Part shown: one piece after another, positions 49,490-62,600 of the stretch
Numbering within the stretch: the stretch's first letter is position 1
How the letters are laid out: each line of letters opens with the position of its first letter
NCBI GenBank assembly: GCA_965644295.1
Contig: CBFFRP010000162.1
Location: 1 to 64,000, forward strand
Origin: Paraphysomonas bandaiensis
Taxonomy: Eukaryota > Protista > Chrysophyceae
Direction of reading: 5' to 3'
DNA: 64,000 nucleotides
Position numbers and translations under genes: made by a program
The notes under the pieces: model-generated
Told to the model about the DNA's origin: nothing
What the model saw: only the letters and a program-made list of their open reading frames with translations
The model's database searches: none

Positions 49490-52400
49490 CTATTCTTCCA
49501 AGTCATCATTTCTTTGATGTATACCCACACGAGCGTGCAATGTAAAAATTTCCATAATTGGACAATGTACTTTCATCAACGCCGCCAGTCCACGAAGCAA
49601 ACCAACAGTGCGGCTAATAAAGTAGTACTCTTCCGGAATGTGTCTTACGGAGCGAATACTACTACTCTTGTGACCAGAGGCCCTGTCTTCCGCACGTTGA
49701 GCACTTCGCATGTCATTGAACAGTTTACGTTCTGTATGTGAAGTCTTCAAGTCCTGCAAGTATCTATAAAGTCATATACGATAACACAGGGCTGCATACG
49801 CCGCGCATCACATACTCACATTGGCATCACGAAAAAGGAATTCAAAAAATTCCCTGTCTCTTTCTGGTGCTCGATCGGACTGGTTGTTTGCGTACCCAAG
49901 ACTCTTAAGTGCCCGGTCGACCCCTGCTATATCCTCCTCCTGAATACTAATTAGCAGATGGCAGTATGCCAGTCGTGTTTCGTCATTGATTCTGGATATG
50001 AAAATATGAGTCAACAGAGTTACAGAAACAAAATTATAACAGTATATTAGAGAGCGAGCCACAAAAACTATCTACCTTTTCGTAATCCCAAAATCTAAGA
50101 GCCCGGGGTGCCATAACTGGTTTCTCATAGAAGGTAATTCTTCAACTGGCAAGATTTTCGACTCTATTCCTCCTCCCTTTTTAGTCGCAGCAGGTGCGTA
50201 TGCAACAGGCGGTGCACAGTCGTCTACCGAAGATTCTACACAGAATACATTCCCAGGGTGGGGGTCGGCTGCGACACGTTCAATACATAATAGGTAAAGG
50301 AAATGACAGAGGCTTACCGTTAAAACATCCAGCAACAAGCATATGGTAGGCGAGGGAATGTGCCAATCTGCACAGCAAGGAAGACTTGTCCACATTATGT
50401 AAGGATAAAGCGAAATCGTCTGTAATCTAAATTGATGTCAACAAGACTCCACGAATGCCAACTGTTTATCTACCTTAAACCCTTTAAGCTTGGTCATTAC
50501 AAATACTCTACGGTGAACATATCCCCTGATAGGTGAGGGAATAAGCGTTCCAAATCCTGCCTCCTGCATAGCGTTTTGTGCCTATAATACCGTTACGCAT
50601 ACACATATGTGCACGGATAGCGTTGTACACATATAAACCTAAGCAGGTGCGGTAATCAATATACCTCTACTAGATTTTTAGCCTCTATTCTGAAATCTAG
50701 CTCCTCAGCTATAGTTCGTTGCCACACTTTTATCACCGTCAAAAGTGCCTACGCCACCAGAAACACAATTAAATTACAAAAAAATATTGGATAGTGATAC
50801 CTCCCACTTGGGATCCATTCTGCTTGCAACCTTTGCAATAAATAGGGCGGCGCTAATGTCAGTCATCAGCAGAGTTTCTACCCCAGGGTGCTGGACTTTC
50901 ACAACAACATCGCGGACAATGCCATCCACAAGCATCGTTGCATTATGCACCTGCGCTACGCTACCAGATGATTGAGGATTCATGTCGAAGCTCTCAAACA
51001 TCTCTTCTATTGTCCGAATACGGTTTCCATGTCGGTACCCAAATATCTGTTCTTCTCTACGACTGCTAGCACTTAGGCAAAACTCGACTGTAGAGCGCAC
51101 ATGTAGAGCCGACGACTGGGGACAGTTGTCGTGTAAACATCCCAGTGTCGTAGACCAGAGGGCAGACACCAAGTCTGGGCGGCCAGCCACATATTGCGCG
51201 ACCTTAATAAACACAGACTTCAGAGAACGAACTTCCGTCAGTACATATGCCGCCAACACACGGTCCAGCGCGTCGAAGGCAGCCGTATACATATTTCTGT
51301 TTTCATTTTTAGATTCTGCATACACCAAAGCACTCGAAGAGTCCGCGGCGACATGCTTCCGGCAGCCGCAGAGCCGTAAGATAATAGTTAGGTATAGGTA
51401 TGCCGATACCACAGTAGCTGTAGGAGTGTATATAGTGAACATCCGCTCCACAGTCATGATCCATGTAAGAACTCTCGCTTGTGCACTCCAGGTGCAGCAC
51501 TGTTCTCCATAAATTTTCACTTGTGATATTGAGTGATGTAGAGCGGTCGATAAGATCCAGGTACAAAAAATAACACCGAAACCAGGTCTAAACACTACTG
51601 TAGACACTGCCGCTTTAGCAAGATCGTACACAATTACCAGAGGCGGGGAGCACGATCGGAACACAGTCGGTATCTGTTGGGTGACTATGGAGGCGCATAA
51701 TACAGAAAGAAGAGAGGTAAATATTGGAAATATTAGGTAGCCTACCAGGGCAACTGCGGCAGGTGCCCGGGTATACTGCATGGCACACACGAGGGTGAGG
51801 AACCCAAAGCCTACTACAGAGAGTGGGAGAGGGACCACCAAACCCACACACACCTCCCATATTAGCACTAGCATAGGTTTCTCAGACAGATGAGACTGAT
51901 TTAAAATAGCGTAGAGTGTGGATATAAAAGTATCGGTTGACGACATCAGCAGAGGCAGACTAACCCCAATAACAAGGACAAATATTGTGCCCCAAAGTGT
52001 TACTCTAGGCAAGAGGTACAAGAACACCGACGCAGCAGCCGCAGTCACAGATTTCTCACCGTCACTACTACGAGGCCAAAAAGACGATTCCTCTGCCTTC
52101 TCCAATCGTCGGCGCAAAGAGAACACCTCTTCGCGCAAAGCTGTACTAGGACTGTGTGAACGGGAAACAATTGGCCCTGTGTTCTGCACATGAGCAGCCC
52201 ATTGGCATTCACGATGCAAGGATTCAGTACTGTGAGTGACTGACGACGGATGAAAATACTCCACAGTGGGCGAATCGTTGCTAATTGTAGAAGCAGCATG
52301 ATGTCGTGCCCGTATCAGGGCTTGATGTCGCCTCACATTCTCACCATCATCTCCCTCAAATTCGCCATTACCACTAACCTGTCGACCCTGCTCTTCGCTC

Positions 52401-53167
52401 TCAGCAGACTCGCTATGTCCCTCAGATCCAGGAACTGCCCCAAGGAACTGAAGAACCGCCTCATCCATGGACCCTATCTGAATTATTACCAGCTGCACGA
52501 ATAATGAAAGGTCTTCCATTCGACGGCGAACAACTTTAGGGTCTACTGATGAATTGGACATCAGGTGTCGTCGGGGAAGTTGAGGCAAGTTAGGATAACC
52601 CTTGCTTTCCAACTGCTTCCGAAAAGTCACAAAATCAGAAAAGCGATGCGATGTTTCCCAGTATATACCACCTATTCTATCTATTGATCGAATCACATAC
52701 ACTGTATGGCGGTTGCCACCTTCATCAATCTTTTCAAATGTTTTCTTAATTGAAACATCGAGATTAAAATTCATACGATTCTTTTCCATCATAACTTTTA
52801 CTGCCGCACGAAGATGTATACTTAATTCACCAAATACATTAGTATCACCATATAATTTAATATGTCCACCCATTAAAGCTGACATGGGCTTTAATATCCC
52901 TCTGGATATCTTTGCCATTGAATAAGAGTCTGTTAATACAATACAATCTATATTAGATTTCTCAATTCCACGTGATGAGATACGTTCCGTTCCTTCCCCT
53001 ATCTTAACAAGCCAATTAAAATCTTCTTCAACACGAAATACAAGTGTTTTCATATGATTATTATGAGATGCTTGAAGAACTTGTTCATGAAGATATTTAA
53101 AGTATTTAGAGATACAAACACGATTATCATCAAGTGAAAAGATCTTCTCAGGTGAAGAAATAGACAT
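49490..53167 (-). CDS. ABC1/UbiB (ADCK) atypical kinase fused to N-terminal SCP2 and PX domains and a multi-TM region
   Basis: Kinase motifs FIKVAQ...RPDL, SGSVAQVH, VVKVQHPG, ELDFRIEA, ADPHPGN, LLDFG; SCP2-like RGILKPMSALMGGHIKLYGD; PX-like HTVYVI...WETSHRFSDFVTFRKQL...PQLPRR...RRRMEDL. Confidence 0.88.
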
Positions 53168-53269
53168 GATGATTGATGAGGATGTGGAGATTATGGTGTG
53201 AGATTGAGTGAGTTTGGTGCGTATACAGATACTGACTGCTATAGATCTCTATGCGTGATGATAAGGAGC

Positions 53270-53270
<1 letters not shown>

Positions 53271-53300
<30 letters not shown>

Positions 53301-53792
53301 TGTATGTATGTATGTATGTATGTATGTATGTATGTATGTATGTATGTATGTATGTATGTATGTATGTATGTATGTATGTATGTATGTATGTATGTATGTA
53401 TGTATGTATGTATGTATGTATGTATGTATGTATGTATGTATGTATGTACGTATGTATGTATGTATGTATGTATGTATGTATGTATGTATGTATGTATGTA
53501 TGTATGTATGTATGTATGTATGTATGTATGTATGTATGTATGTGTATGTATGTATGTATGTATGTATGTATGTATGTATGTATGTATGTATGTATGTATG
53601 TATGTATGTATGTATGTATGTATGTATGTATGTATGTATGTATGTATGTATGTATGTATGTATGTATGTATGTATGTATGTATGTATGTATGTATGTATG
53701 TATGTATGTATGTATGTATGTATGTATGTATGTATGTATGTATGTATGTATGTATGTATGTATGTATGTATGTATGTATGTATGTATGTATG

Positions 53793-53826
<34 letters not shown>

Positions 53827-53872
53827 TGTATGTATGTATGTATGTATGTATGTATGTATGTATGTATGTATG
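53271..53872. repeat. (TATG)n microsatellite, about 150 units
   Basis: Near-perfect array beginning about 103 bp upstream of the ABC1-kinase ATG. Confidence 0.98.
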
Positions 53873-55463
53873 AATGTATGCATGTACCCCTGTACCTAAA
53901 TGAGAGTACAGGAGTACGATTCCTGTCCCTCAACAACTTCTGATTGGTTGGGTGGATATATGGCACACAGGTACAAGTACATATGGAAGTGGCGTACCCA
54001 CAGAAAAAAACTGTAGAAACTTCCCAGTTTTTTTTTTCAGTTTATTTCCCATCCAGACACCGTATTACACACAGTTTCATACGTTAAGGTCCCCAACATA
54101 TGTCAATCATATGCTCAAACAGTGATACATATCACATAAACACACTAGGTTACCAATAGAACATGCAATTCTGGAGGTGTGGGGTCCAACTTCCACAAGT
54201 TTTGGTGGAAATTTTCTTGTAAGATTGCAATTGTTATCCTGCATCAAAATTATGGAGAGCTCCTGAACTCACTGTGAGGTACATAGCAGAGACCAGTTGC
54301 TGAAAACAATGTTGTGATTGCAAAGATTAGATTGTGAATACTGATTTTGGATTCGTTAATAAACGGTCAAGAAGTATGCACAGGTCATTATAGGAGGATC
54401 TGTCCTAATTGCACCATCCTTGTTGCACTTAATGATCCCATATGCCCTCCAATTCAATGAATCGTGATCATTCTTACTGTTTGAGTGATATGAATATGAT
54501 ATTGGCATTCATCTCTTATTTTGTTGGAATTATGTGCATTCGTTGACAGATCTCTATATCTGTATTGACATCCATAGTCCCAAACCCCTTATAACCACAG
54601 GTGTAGTTGTCCAATTATATTACTTTATTATGTTGCAGTGTTTATGATACTGTTTTAATGATTTGACTAATATAAGTATGCTTTGATGAAATATTGAGGC
54701 CATATTGGATGGAGTTGCTACTTTGCAGATGCAATATAATACGCACGTATGTCGCCTTTGAAGCAATGAAAACGGAGTTAAAATAGTTATAATAACTCAC
54801 TACAAACATCCAATTTGATTGGGTAAAGTTGATATCATGTCATACATCCTTCACTGTTGGTGAGGAATTACGATTACATGTATAAAACTTATGCGAGTTT
54901 ATAGATATACTTATGCGAGTTGTGACATTGTAAGAGTGGCAGACAACATTTACAGCGACTTGTACAATACGTAACCCCTTTATTATTCATCCTTAGACAG
55001 TGTGGCTTTAATATATTTGCAATAGGCTTCTGTCATTTACGTTTCAATAGCTACTATTACTACAGCACCGTTATATATCACCTCTGATAAATTCACCACA
55101 ACCTATATCCTATATATATTATTGTTATCCTGACTGTTTACTTGATCATTTGTGGTTCAAAAAAACAACCTTCTTGTTCCAATCGTTATATTATACTAAT
55201 ATACTACTAAAAAAGGTATACTGTCAAAGGACGACATCAGATAAATGACGCCACAGCAGTGCCACATATTAAATACTAAATACAAGCTCTTGTTACAAAA
55301 AGTCTCATGTGAGCAAAATTAAATCACGAGATACAAATACAAACAAACTTCGATAGCAAATAAAAGATTCGATAGGAAATACAAAAGCGGTAACAAATAC
55401 AAAAGCGATAGCAAATACAAAGGCGATAAAATGTGCACATACGTGTTGCGTGTAATCAATAAT

Positions 55464-57455
55464 TCACGCCATATCAACTTGCTCGATGCCACAGCAAGTC
55501 TCCATATGAATATTCAGTTGGTCTCTACACAACTTCCCGCAAAAACTTTGGCCACAGTTTTTAGCGGCACAGCTGACCCACCTATTGTTTGGTATACCAG
55601 GATCTGTTGTTCCGCATACCAACACAGAGTACCGCCGTAACATGGTAGTTTTCACTGTTTTCTGTTTTTTATTTGCTGTATACCTTTCAGACATCCACTT
55701 GGCATTTGAATCATCATCCCCTTTCATCATTTGATGATGCTCGTATAGACTGTCCACTTCATACTGGAGTAGATAGTTCGAAGATCAAGTGAATTTTCTT
55801 CTAGGTACTTTACCTCGATTCTCAAAAGTTTTTGAGGAGTATCGTTATATACCAAAAAATATAGACTTTGGTATATAACGATACTCCTCAAAAACTTTTT
55901 GGTATATAACGATACTCCTCAAAAAATTTTGAGAATCGAGGTAAAGTACCTAGAAGAAAATTCACTTGATCTTCGAACTATTCTCTGAAGTGTGGGCAGT
56001 GACTCAAAATGGTAACAGGATCACATCTCCCAGTTGCAGTCATGACTACTCCAGCATTATAGAAGACGTGCTGAATTGACTACTTATTATTGAATGCTTT
56101 GCTCAGGAATGGTCTTAAGAGTACGAAGCACTTATGGGCGAAGTACGCAGCAGGATGATACAAACTTCCTTCTCAAGGGCCCATTCCTGTCCTGGAGGGT
56201 CAGTTGTGTCATCATACTTGAAATGTGGTGATCGAAATTGCCTATGCAGCGTACGATGACATGAGCCCTTATCATAGGCAGCTTGTATCATACTGCACTT
56301 TCCTGCATATTTCGCCCATAAGTGCTTCATACTCTTTTGTTGGCTGCGTGGATGCAAGTAATTAATCTGTCCACTGGCACGATCGCAGGCTAGAACAAGA
56401 TATTCATGCGGTAAAGAATCGCTATGTCTGTTTTCTGAAGAAACCACTCCAGGGAAAACGGCTGCGCCATCCCCAGGAGATAAAAAAAACTTCAATCTCT
56501 CTGTGAGAATTCTCAAGAGTTTCGCGGCGAGAATTAATCACCCTGGTAGACATGTCTATCTACTGTTACATCTGGAATACCATACGGATATAAGCATATA
56601 TAAAGGCCAGTATCCACACTATAAAGCCGTGGTTTCCCATCAAAGTCTGAAAATCTTCTATCCAAACTTAATAACGGTGCAAATAAGGCGCCTATCTCCA
56701 GCAATAGTGCAGGTGAACGACACGGCTCTCTGTTTTTGATGAGTTTCCTGACTTGATACGGATAAATTTAATGATTTTAATTGTAGGAGAGCAGCCTCGG
56801 TTGTCAGAACGACTGGCTTTTCGTGCATACCATTCAACAATATCGAAACGTCATCACTGCTAAAAAATAGCTCCCTTGGTACATTGTCTGCAAGTAGGTG
56901 AGCATTGCACAAAAAGAAAATGGCGTTCTTAAATTCCTGTATGCGTCAATTCTACCCTGGGGCGTTTTCTCCGATTGATAGGTGAGTAGATGTGCCCGCT
57001 GTTTATATTTCCTCTATGTTCTAGTCGAATACATGACTTTGGCAATGCTATTATAGCGTTCTTGATCGAGCGAATCTTGAAAGAGTTTTCCAAATTCTAT
57101 ATTAGATTACGGACTACCAAGGTCCATCGACAAGTCAGTGATCATTTTCTGAAGTTTAAGCACACCACTATCCGATAATAATCGTTTTCTCTCAACGGAA
57201 ACATGGACTGGCTTTCATTCTTCTTCCTCTGAAGAGCACTGCATTGAAATTTGAATGAACAACTTACTCACCGCGATAAAGTTTTTCTGTTTACAGAATC
57301 TACAGTCGCAGCCTTTTTCACACTCATACTCAGCTTTTCATGATAGTATATTGCATTGTTCAGCCGTTCTTCATGTGTTTTTCTTGTTGGAGACACTCGA
57401 CTTACTCCTGAACATGTTGAGAGCATTCTTCAACTTCAGTCAATATATCACTTAA
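55464..57455 (-). mobile_element. Degenerate DDE transposase, pogo/DDE_1-like, with Cys-rich C-terminus
   Basis: Frameshifted fragments in pogo order: RELFFSSDDVSI, LVLACDRA, KYAGKCSMIQAAYDKG, then CGTTD...WVSCAAKNCGQSFC...HMETC. Confidence 0.55.
55773..55981. repeat. Near-perfect 86-bp inverted repeat with an extra internal partial copy
   Basis: 55773-55858 vs 55896-55981 (one mismatch); 55867-55900 duplicates the inner part of the arm. Confidence 0.92.
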
Positions 57456-57831
57456 ACAATAGCATACCCTTACCAAAGATACACTGAGAGTTACACAATA
57501 GTCACAGGGAGGTTAGCATTTCAAGCATATATCAGTGGAATAGAGTGTCAGAAAAGTGACCCCATTGGCTTGATTTGTTCAGGTATCAAGAAGTTGCTTC
57601 TTGGTCATCATTTTTTTCAAAGTCCTTATTTTTTAATTGAAAAGTAGCTTTTTAACAACGAAAATGACAAACAAAATCAATGCAAATCAAAAACTACCCC
57701 TTTATATACAGTTTTTTCCTCTAGGTACAGTTTTTACCGCCCCTAAAAGTGTGTGAAATCTCACAGCAAATCATCTACACGACTGTCATCAACTCCATAT
57801 CCGTATGGATATTCAGTTCGTATAGATATGT

Positions 57832-57966
57832 GCATCTAAGTTTTCGGGAATAAATTGAATCAAAAATCTACTATATTACTGATATACAACTACGGCTGGA
57901 ATACACATAATTGTTGTCTCAATATTAGAGGCATCTCTGAACAAAAATATACAAACAAGGATGCCG
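57832..57966 (+). repeat. Dispersed repeat family B, copy 3
   Basis: Aligns to 12218-12334 and 12461-12592. Confidence 0.85.
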
Positions 57967-58284
57967 GTGTGATGTCCGTATATACACATGTACAACATAC
58001 AGTCTCCTGAGCTGATTCCTTAATACCACAATGAGTGATAGAACTTATAGATTCCTCATCATTAGCATTAAGAAGTAACTCATGTCTAAGTAAATACAAA
58101 CCATATATGTGATAGATCTGACAGCATCAACTAACACTGCAGTAAGCCACATATGAGGCATTACTCTATCAAGGACTGTGTTTATAGAATTGGAAGAATA
58201 CAAACACTTATCCTGTCTGAATACCCCTAATATACATAGTAATAAAGTCCTGGCATATCTTGAGGGGGTACACGACCCTTATAT

Positions 58285-59310
58285 TACACTATTATAGAGA
58301 AACCACAATGATGACTCCACTTTCAAAATCAGATTATTAAACATTCCAAGCTATACTCCATCCTTCGTCTGATGTGGAAGATCAGAATGATATGAGTGGA
58401 TGCGATCTATCTGCATAACAACCAAGACTTCGCAACAACACTTCAAGAATATTACAGGAGAGTTCAAGTGCCACATCTGATGCTGTATTGGCGGTTAGGA
58501 GCAGTGGCACCCAGTCCTTTCAGGGTTAGGGTCACGTCGTGCTTATCTGGATTGTGTGTCTCTTATCATACACACAGCATTCAAATCAGGTACACTAGCA
58601 GAGTTAAAGGAACGGTTCTTCTTATCCGTAGGTTTAAACTGCAACGTATCCTTCTTATGATGTTGAAATACTAATATATCCACACCGTATAGCTATTAGT
58701 GGCTTACTTGCTGTTGGAAATAGTTGTACCCTAATGAATATTATTAAGAAAAAATTAAAAATCAATGCATTGATTCAATGTGACCCACATCTCGAAATAA
58801 TGCATTGATTCAATGTGACCACATCTCGAAATAGTACTGGATTAACTCAAAGAATTCCGAACTTTAATTATAGCTACAACTACTGTAGCCTTACCACATA
58901 AGGGTGACGAGGGAATAGCAACTGCGAAATACTGAAATTCGTACATAAATGGGAAGATAAATTTCAAAACTTGTGGTCGCATGAAGCTTGCTTCTTGTTG
59001 TTATTGGTTGTTGGCATCATTACATTGTGTATGTACAACGGCACACGCTTAACCCCTGATGTATGGTAAGTAGCACTCAAACCTGATGCGCACGACTTGG
59101 CCCTACCCCTGAAAGGACTGGGGCCCGTTATTGGTTATTGGAATCATTACATTGTTTATATACAACACGCTTAACCCCTGATGTATGATAAGTAGCACAC
59201 AAACCTGCCCCTGAAAGGACTGGGTCCCCTGTTCGAAATCTCATTAAGCGTCAGATGTGACATTTGAAATCTCTAGTAAAATTCTTGACGTATTGTTGCA
59301 AAGCCTTGTT
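58285..59310. repeat. Dispersed repeat family A, copies 2 (+, 58285-58603) and 3 (-, 58909-59310, internally duplicated)
   Basis: CCCAGTCCTTTCAGGG at about 58510 and its reverse complement CCCTGAAAGGACTGGG twice (about 59107 and 59209); further alignment to 7454-7903. Confidence 0.75.
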
Positions 59311-59661
59311 TTTTTAGACAAGGGGTAATGTGGTAATGTAAAGTGTAAACAATGTTAATTACACAATAGTGTCAGTTGAAATCCAACACTCTGAACTTGA
59401 GTATTTGTTAGATATTTCTTGGTTACGAAATCAAATGGCGATCAGGTCACTTTATGGTAGAATTTTAGGTAATTACGCACAATGTATATTATGTCAACCA
59501 TGGCATAAATAGACAATACTCCAGTCATATATATTTCGGGTTCCTAATTGGTTATCATTGTTATTAGATGTACTCACAGGCGAATTCTCACTCACGACAG
59601 AAATGATAAATGGATTTCACGAGTTATGAATAAAACTACTCCCTGATTACATTAAAAGTTT

Positions 59662-62600
59662 TTAACTGACTGTCACATCAACACTGTCCTCAAGGTGCAT
59701 CCGTTCTGCTGACCACTCTGCCACCAGTTTGTCCAGTTGATTGACATACCTATCAGGTAGATGGTCCATGACCATAGAGGAAGATATCAAGATTTCATCG
59801 AAGTATCTTCTGCTGGCAATGAAAGGAGCAAAGATCCGATGTTTCACTGGAAGAGGTCCGTAGCGTTTCACCTCTGACGAACAAAAATGCATTAAATATG
59901 GATACAGGCTTCGCAAATCGATAAACCTTTGCCGATTTTTCTTAGATGAATAATTCTCCCAGGATGGGTAAGTCTCTCCTTCACAACACTCGCCAATCTT
60001 TTCCTCATGTGTTTCTGCATCGATTAGAGAAAGTTACCGGGTTACGAGATATCACTGTACCTTGTATTGCTCTACCATAATGCTGAAGTGTGACGTAGGC
60101 TCTTCACCAGGAGGATACATTAGCTCATCGAGTGAGTCGATATGATCCTGATATAGCACACTCAAAATTACTCCATGTTTATGCATATGCCCTACCTTGA
60201 ACATCATTGTCTGCATAATAACCATCTTGTTCACTCTACAGCGGACGATGGCATCCAGCACCTATGATGTATCCAAGTCAGAATTATTTGGACGCAACCT
60301 GATGATGAGATAAAACCTGTTCTCTCATCACTGCAAGCGAGCTTATGGACAAACTCGCAACCAAATCATGACCGAGAATACAGCTAGTCATATATTTACT
60401 GATATCTGAACAAGAGTGAGCAGAACCACGTCGTAACATGTGGTGTCCTTACCGTGAGATGTTTTGGCATCAAATACACTTCCAGGAGTGCTGAAAATAC
60501 TGCGGTTAGAAACAGAATGACACGATGTTAACCACGTTGCTCACCCATAGCCGAATACCCTAACAGTAGGAAATTCGTTCTTTAGAAGCATACCAAGGAC
60601 CGCCGCTGTCCCAGCCCCTAGACTATGTCCCACAACGATGAGCTTATTGTACGTCACTGGTTGCTACACAAACTTCTTCAAACAGATAAAAATATGGTGA
60701 GAGATTCGTACTTCGACCTGATTAAGAGGAGTCTCAATGCCGGCGCACATCCCATGTCCACTACCTCTCTCCAGCTGCCCTCCTTTTGGGTTAGGACCTG
60801 CCACCGCCTCAAGCAGCTCGGCAACTTTAGGATTGTTACTTAAGTCTTCCCGAATCCACATGGCAGACCGGAGCATTCCGCTGTGGCAAAGACGACCAGC
60901 CCCGTCAAATCCCCAGGTAAGCCCTACATATACAAATAATTTGACAACTTTCACACTTCGCTTATCATACTAGACTTAATCAAACTATCAGCACAGGACC
61001 AAAATACATTATTCTGGAACCGCATTTCTGAATACCTGCTTCCTCCATGGACTCCGGGTTCGCCACTGCATCAGTGACACAGTCCTCTAGAGAAAGAGTA
61101 CCTCGAACTGTAATCACCAGTGCCTGCATATCATAACTTCACTATCATACGTTTGCAAACACACTGTGCATAGTCAAACCTTTCGTTTGAAATCTACAAA
61201 AACGGCGTACGGTTTAATGTAGAGGTCGTTGCTAAAGTTTGCATAAACCAGCTCTGACTGGTCAAGATGTGCCATCTGCAGACATATCGTAAGGGCAACA
61301 CTTGTATGGAGAGGAACACACCCAACCTTTAATATCGCGGCCTCGTGAAGGTGACACACATTATCACCTTGCACAAATCCATTTGATGCTGGCCTGCAAG
61401 TGCAATCTATCAGCACGGCATCAATACCAAAATACTGCGCACACCTTCCGCAAAGACACCCGTCTGAATCACTTGGAGGACATCTTTTCTTCCCTTTTCC
61501 AAAACAACACTTTAGATTGCAGGTACCCATTGGAGGTGCGCAACAGCAAAAGTGACAGAGTCTGCATGTCCCGCAGCAGGGATGCATGTAGAGAAACATG
61601 AGTGTAGAGTACACTGCCAGGGCGTAGTGAGCGTAGTGAGCAATTTCTGCATGAGGAATATCGGTCATCCGAAAGGAAATATCCGTGAAACACACAAACC
61701 TTCTATCTCATCGTAATCAGTCGCCACAACAGAGCGTTTGCTTTCCAGAACCCGATTCCTCGTCTCCCCCAATATGTGTTTCTCCGTTTCATCTTTTAGG
61801 TGCTCTAGATTCTCCTTCACTTCCTTGGTTTCCTCAGCAGTACCAATTTCATCCTCGAGCGTCAATTCAACCCCCGCGTCATTGGCGACAGCATCACTGT
61901 CATCTGCACTATTTCTACCCATTACACCAGCTTCATTACTGCCTTGGCGAGATCGATAGGACAACTCCAATTGCAGCTTCTGATCAGCCATCACCTCCAG
62001 CGCAGAGAGATAGTTAGAGTGGGTCTTTAACAAAGTCAAGTTTCGATCATCGAGATCTACATTACTCGCATACTGCATCACCACTTTAGCAGCACTGGAG
62101 GTGCTCGGTGGCAAGTCCTCGGCCTCTACACTATCGCCTTCTACCTCCCCATGCCGGTCTAGTTTCAGCTTCTTCAATTGGCGGATGCGGGTCTTGCGGT
62201 TCTGCGTAAAAAAATAAATAACGAGGTAGTAAATATACAGTGTCACACATACCTCGATGGCGCGAAGCTTTTGTTGAAAACGTAATAGCATTACCCCAGC
62301 CACAACATCAGAAGGTACGACATCAAGAAATCCCTGCACAGAAGTCACACATTGCTTACACATGGATTGAACGCAGCCCACCTCATGATGAAAGAAGTTG
62401 GAGAAAATTTTTCCAACTAAATACAAAATAAATTAGCGTCAGTACTAAAACCACTGAACTGTAGTGGTCACAATGTAATAACTTTCCATCGAAAGATGAA
62501 CGAGTATAGGAACAACACGACACCACTATTTGATATGAGCCCTACCCGCCTCGAGATCCTCGCCGACCCCACTGCCACCGAATATATTACAGGTGCACAA

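Noticed and set aside
54040-54600. Possible BED-finger/hAT N-terminal relic on the minus strand
   Set aside because: Only loose W...C...SNL..H spacing amid many stops; too degenerate to support.
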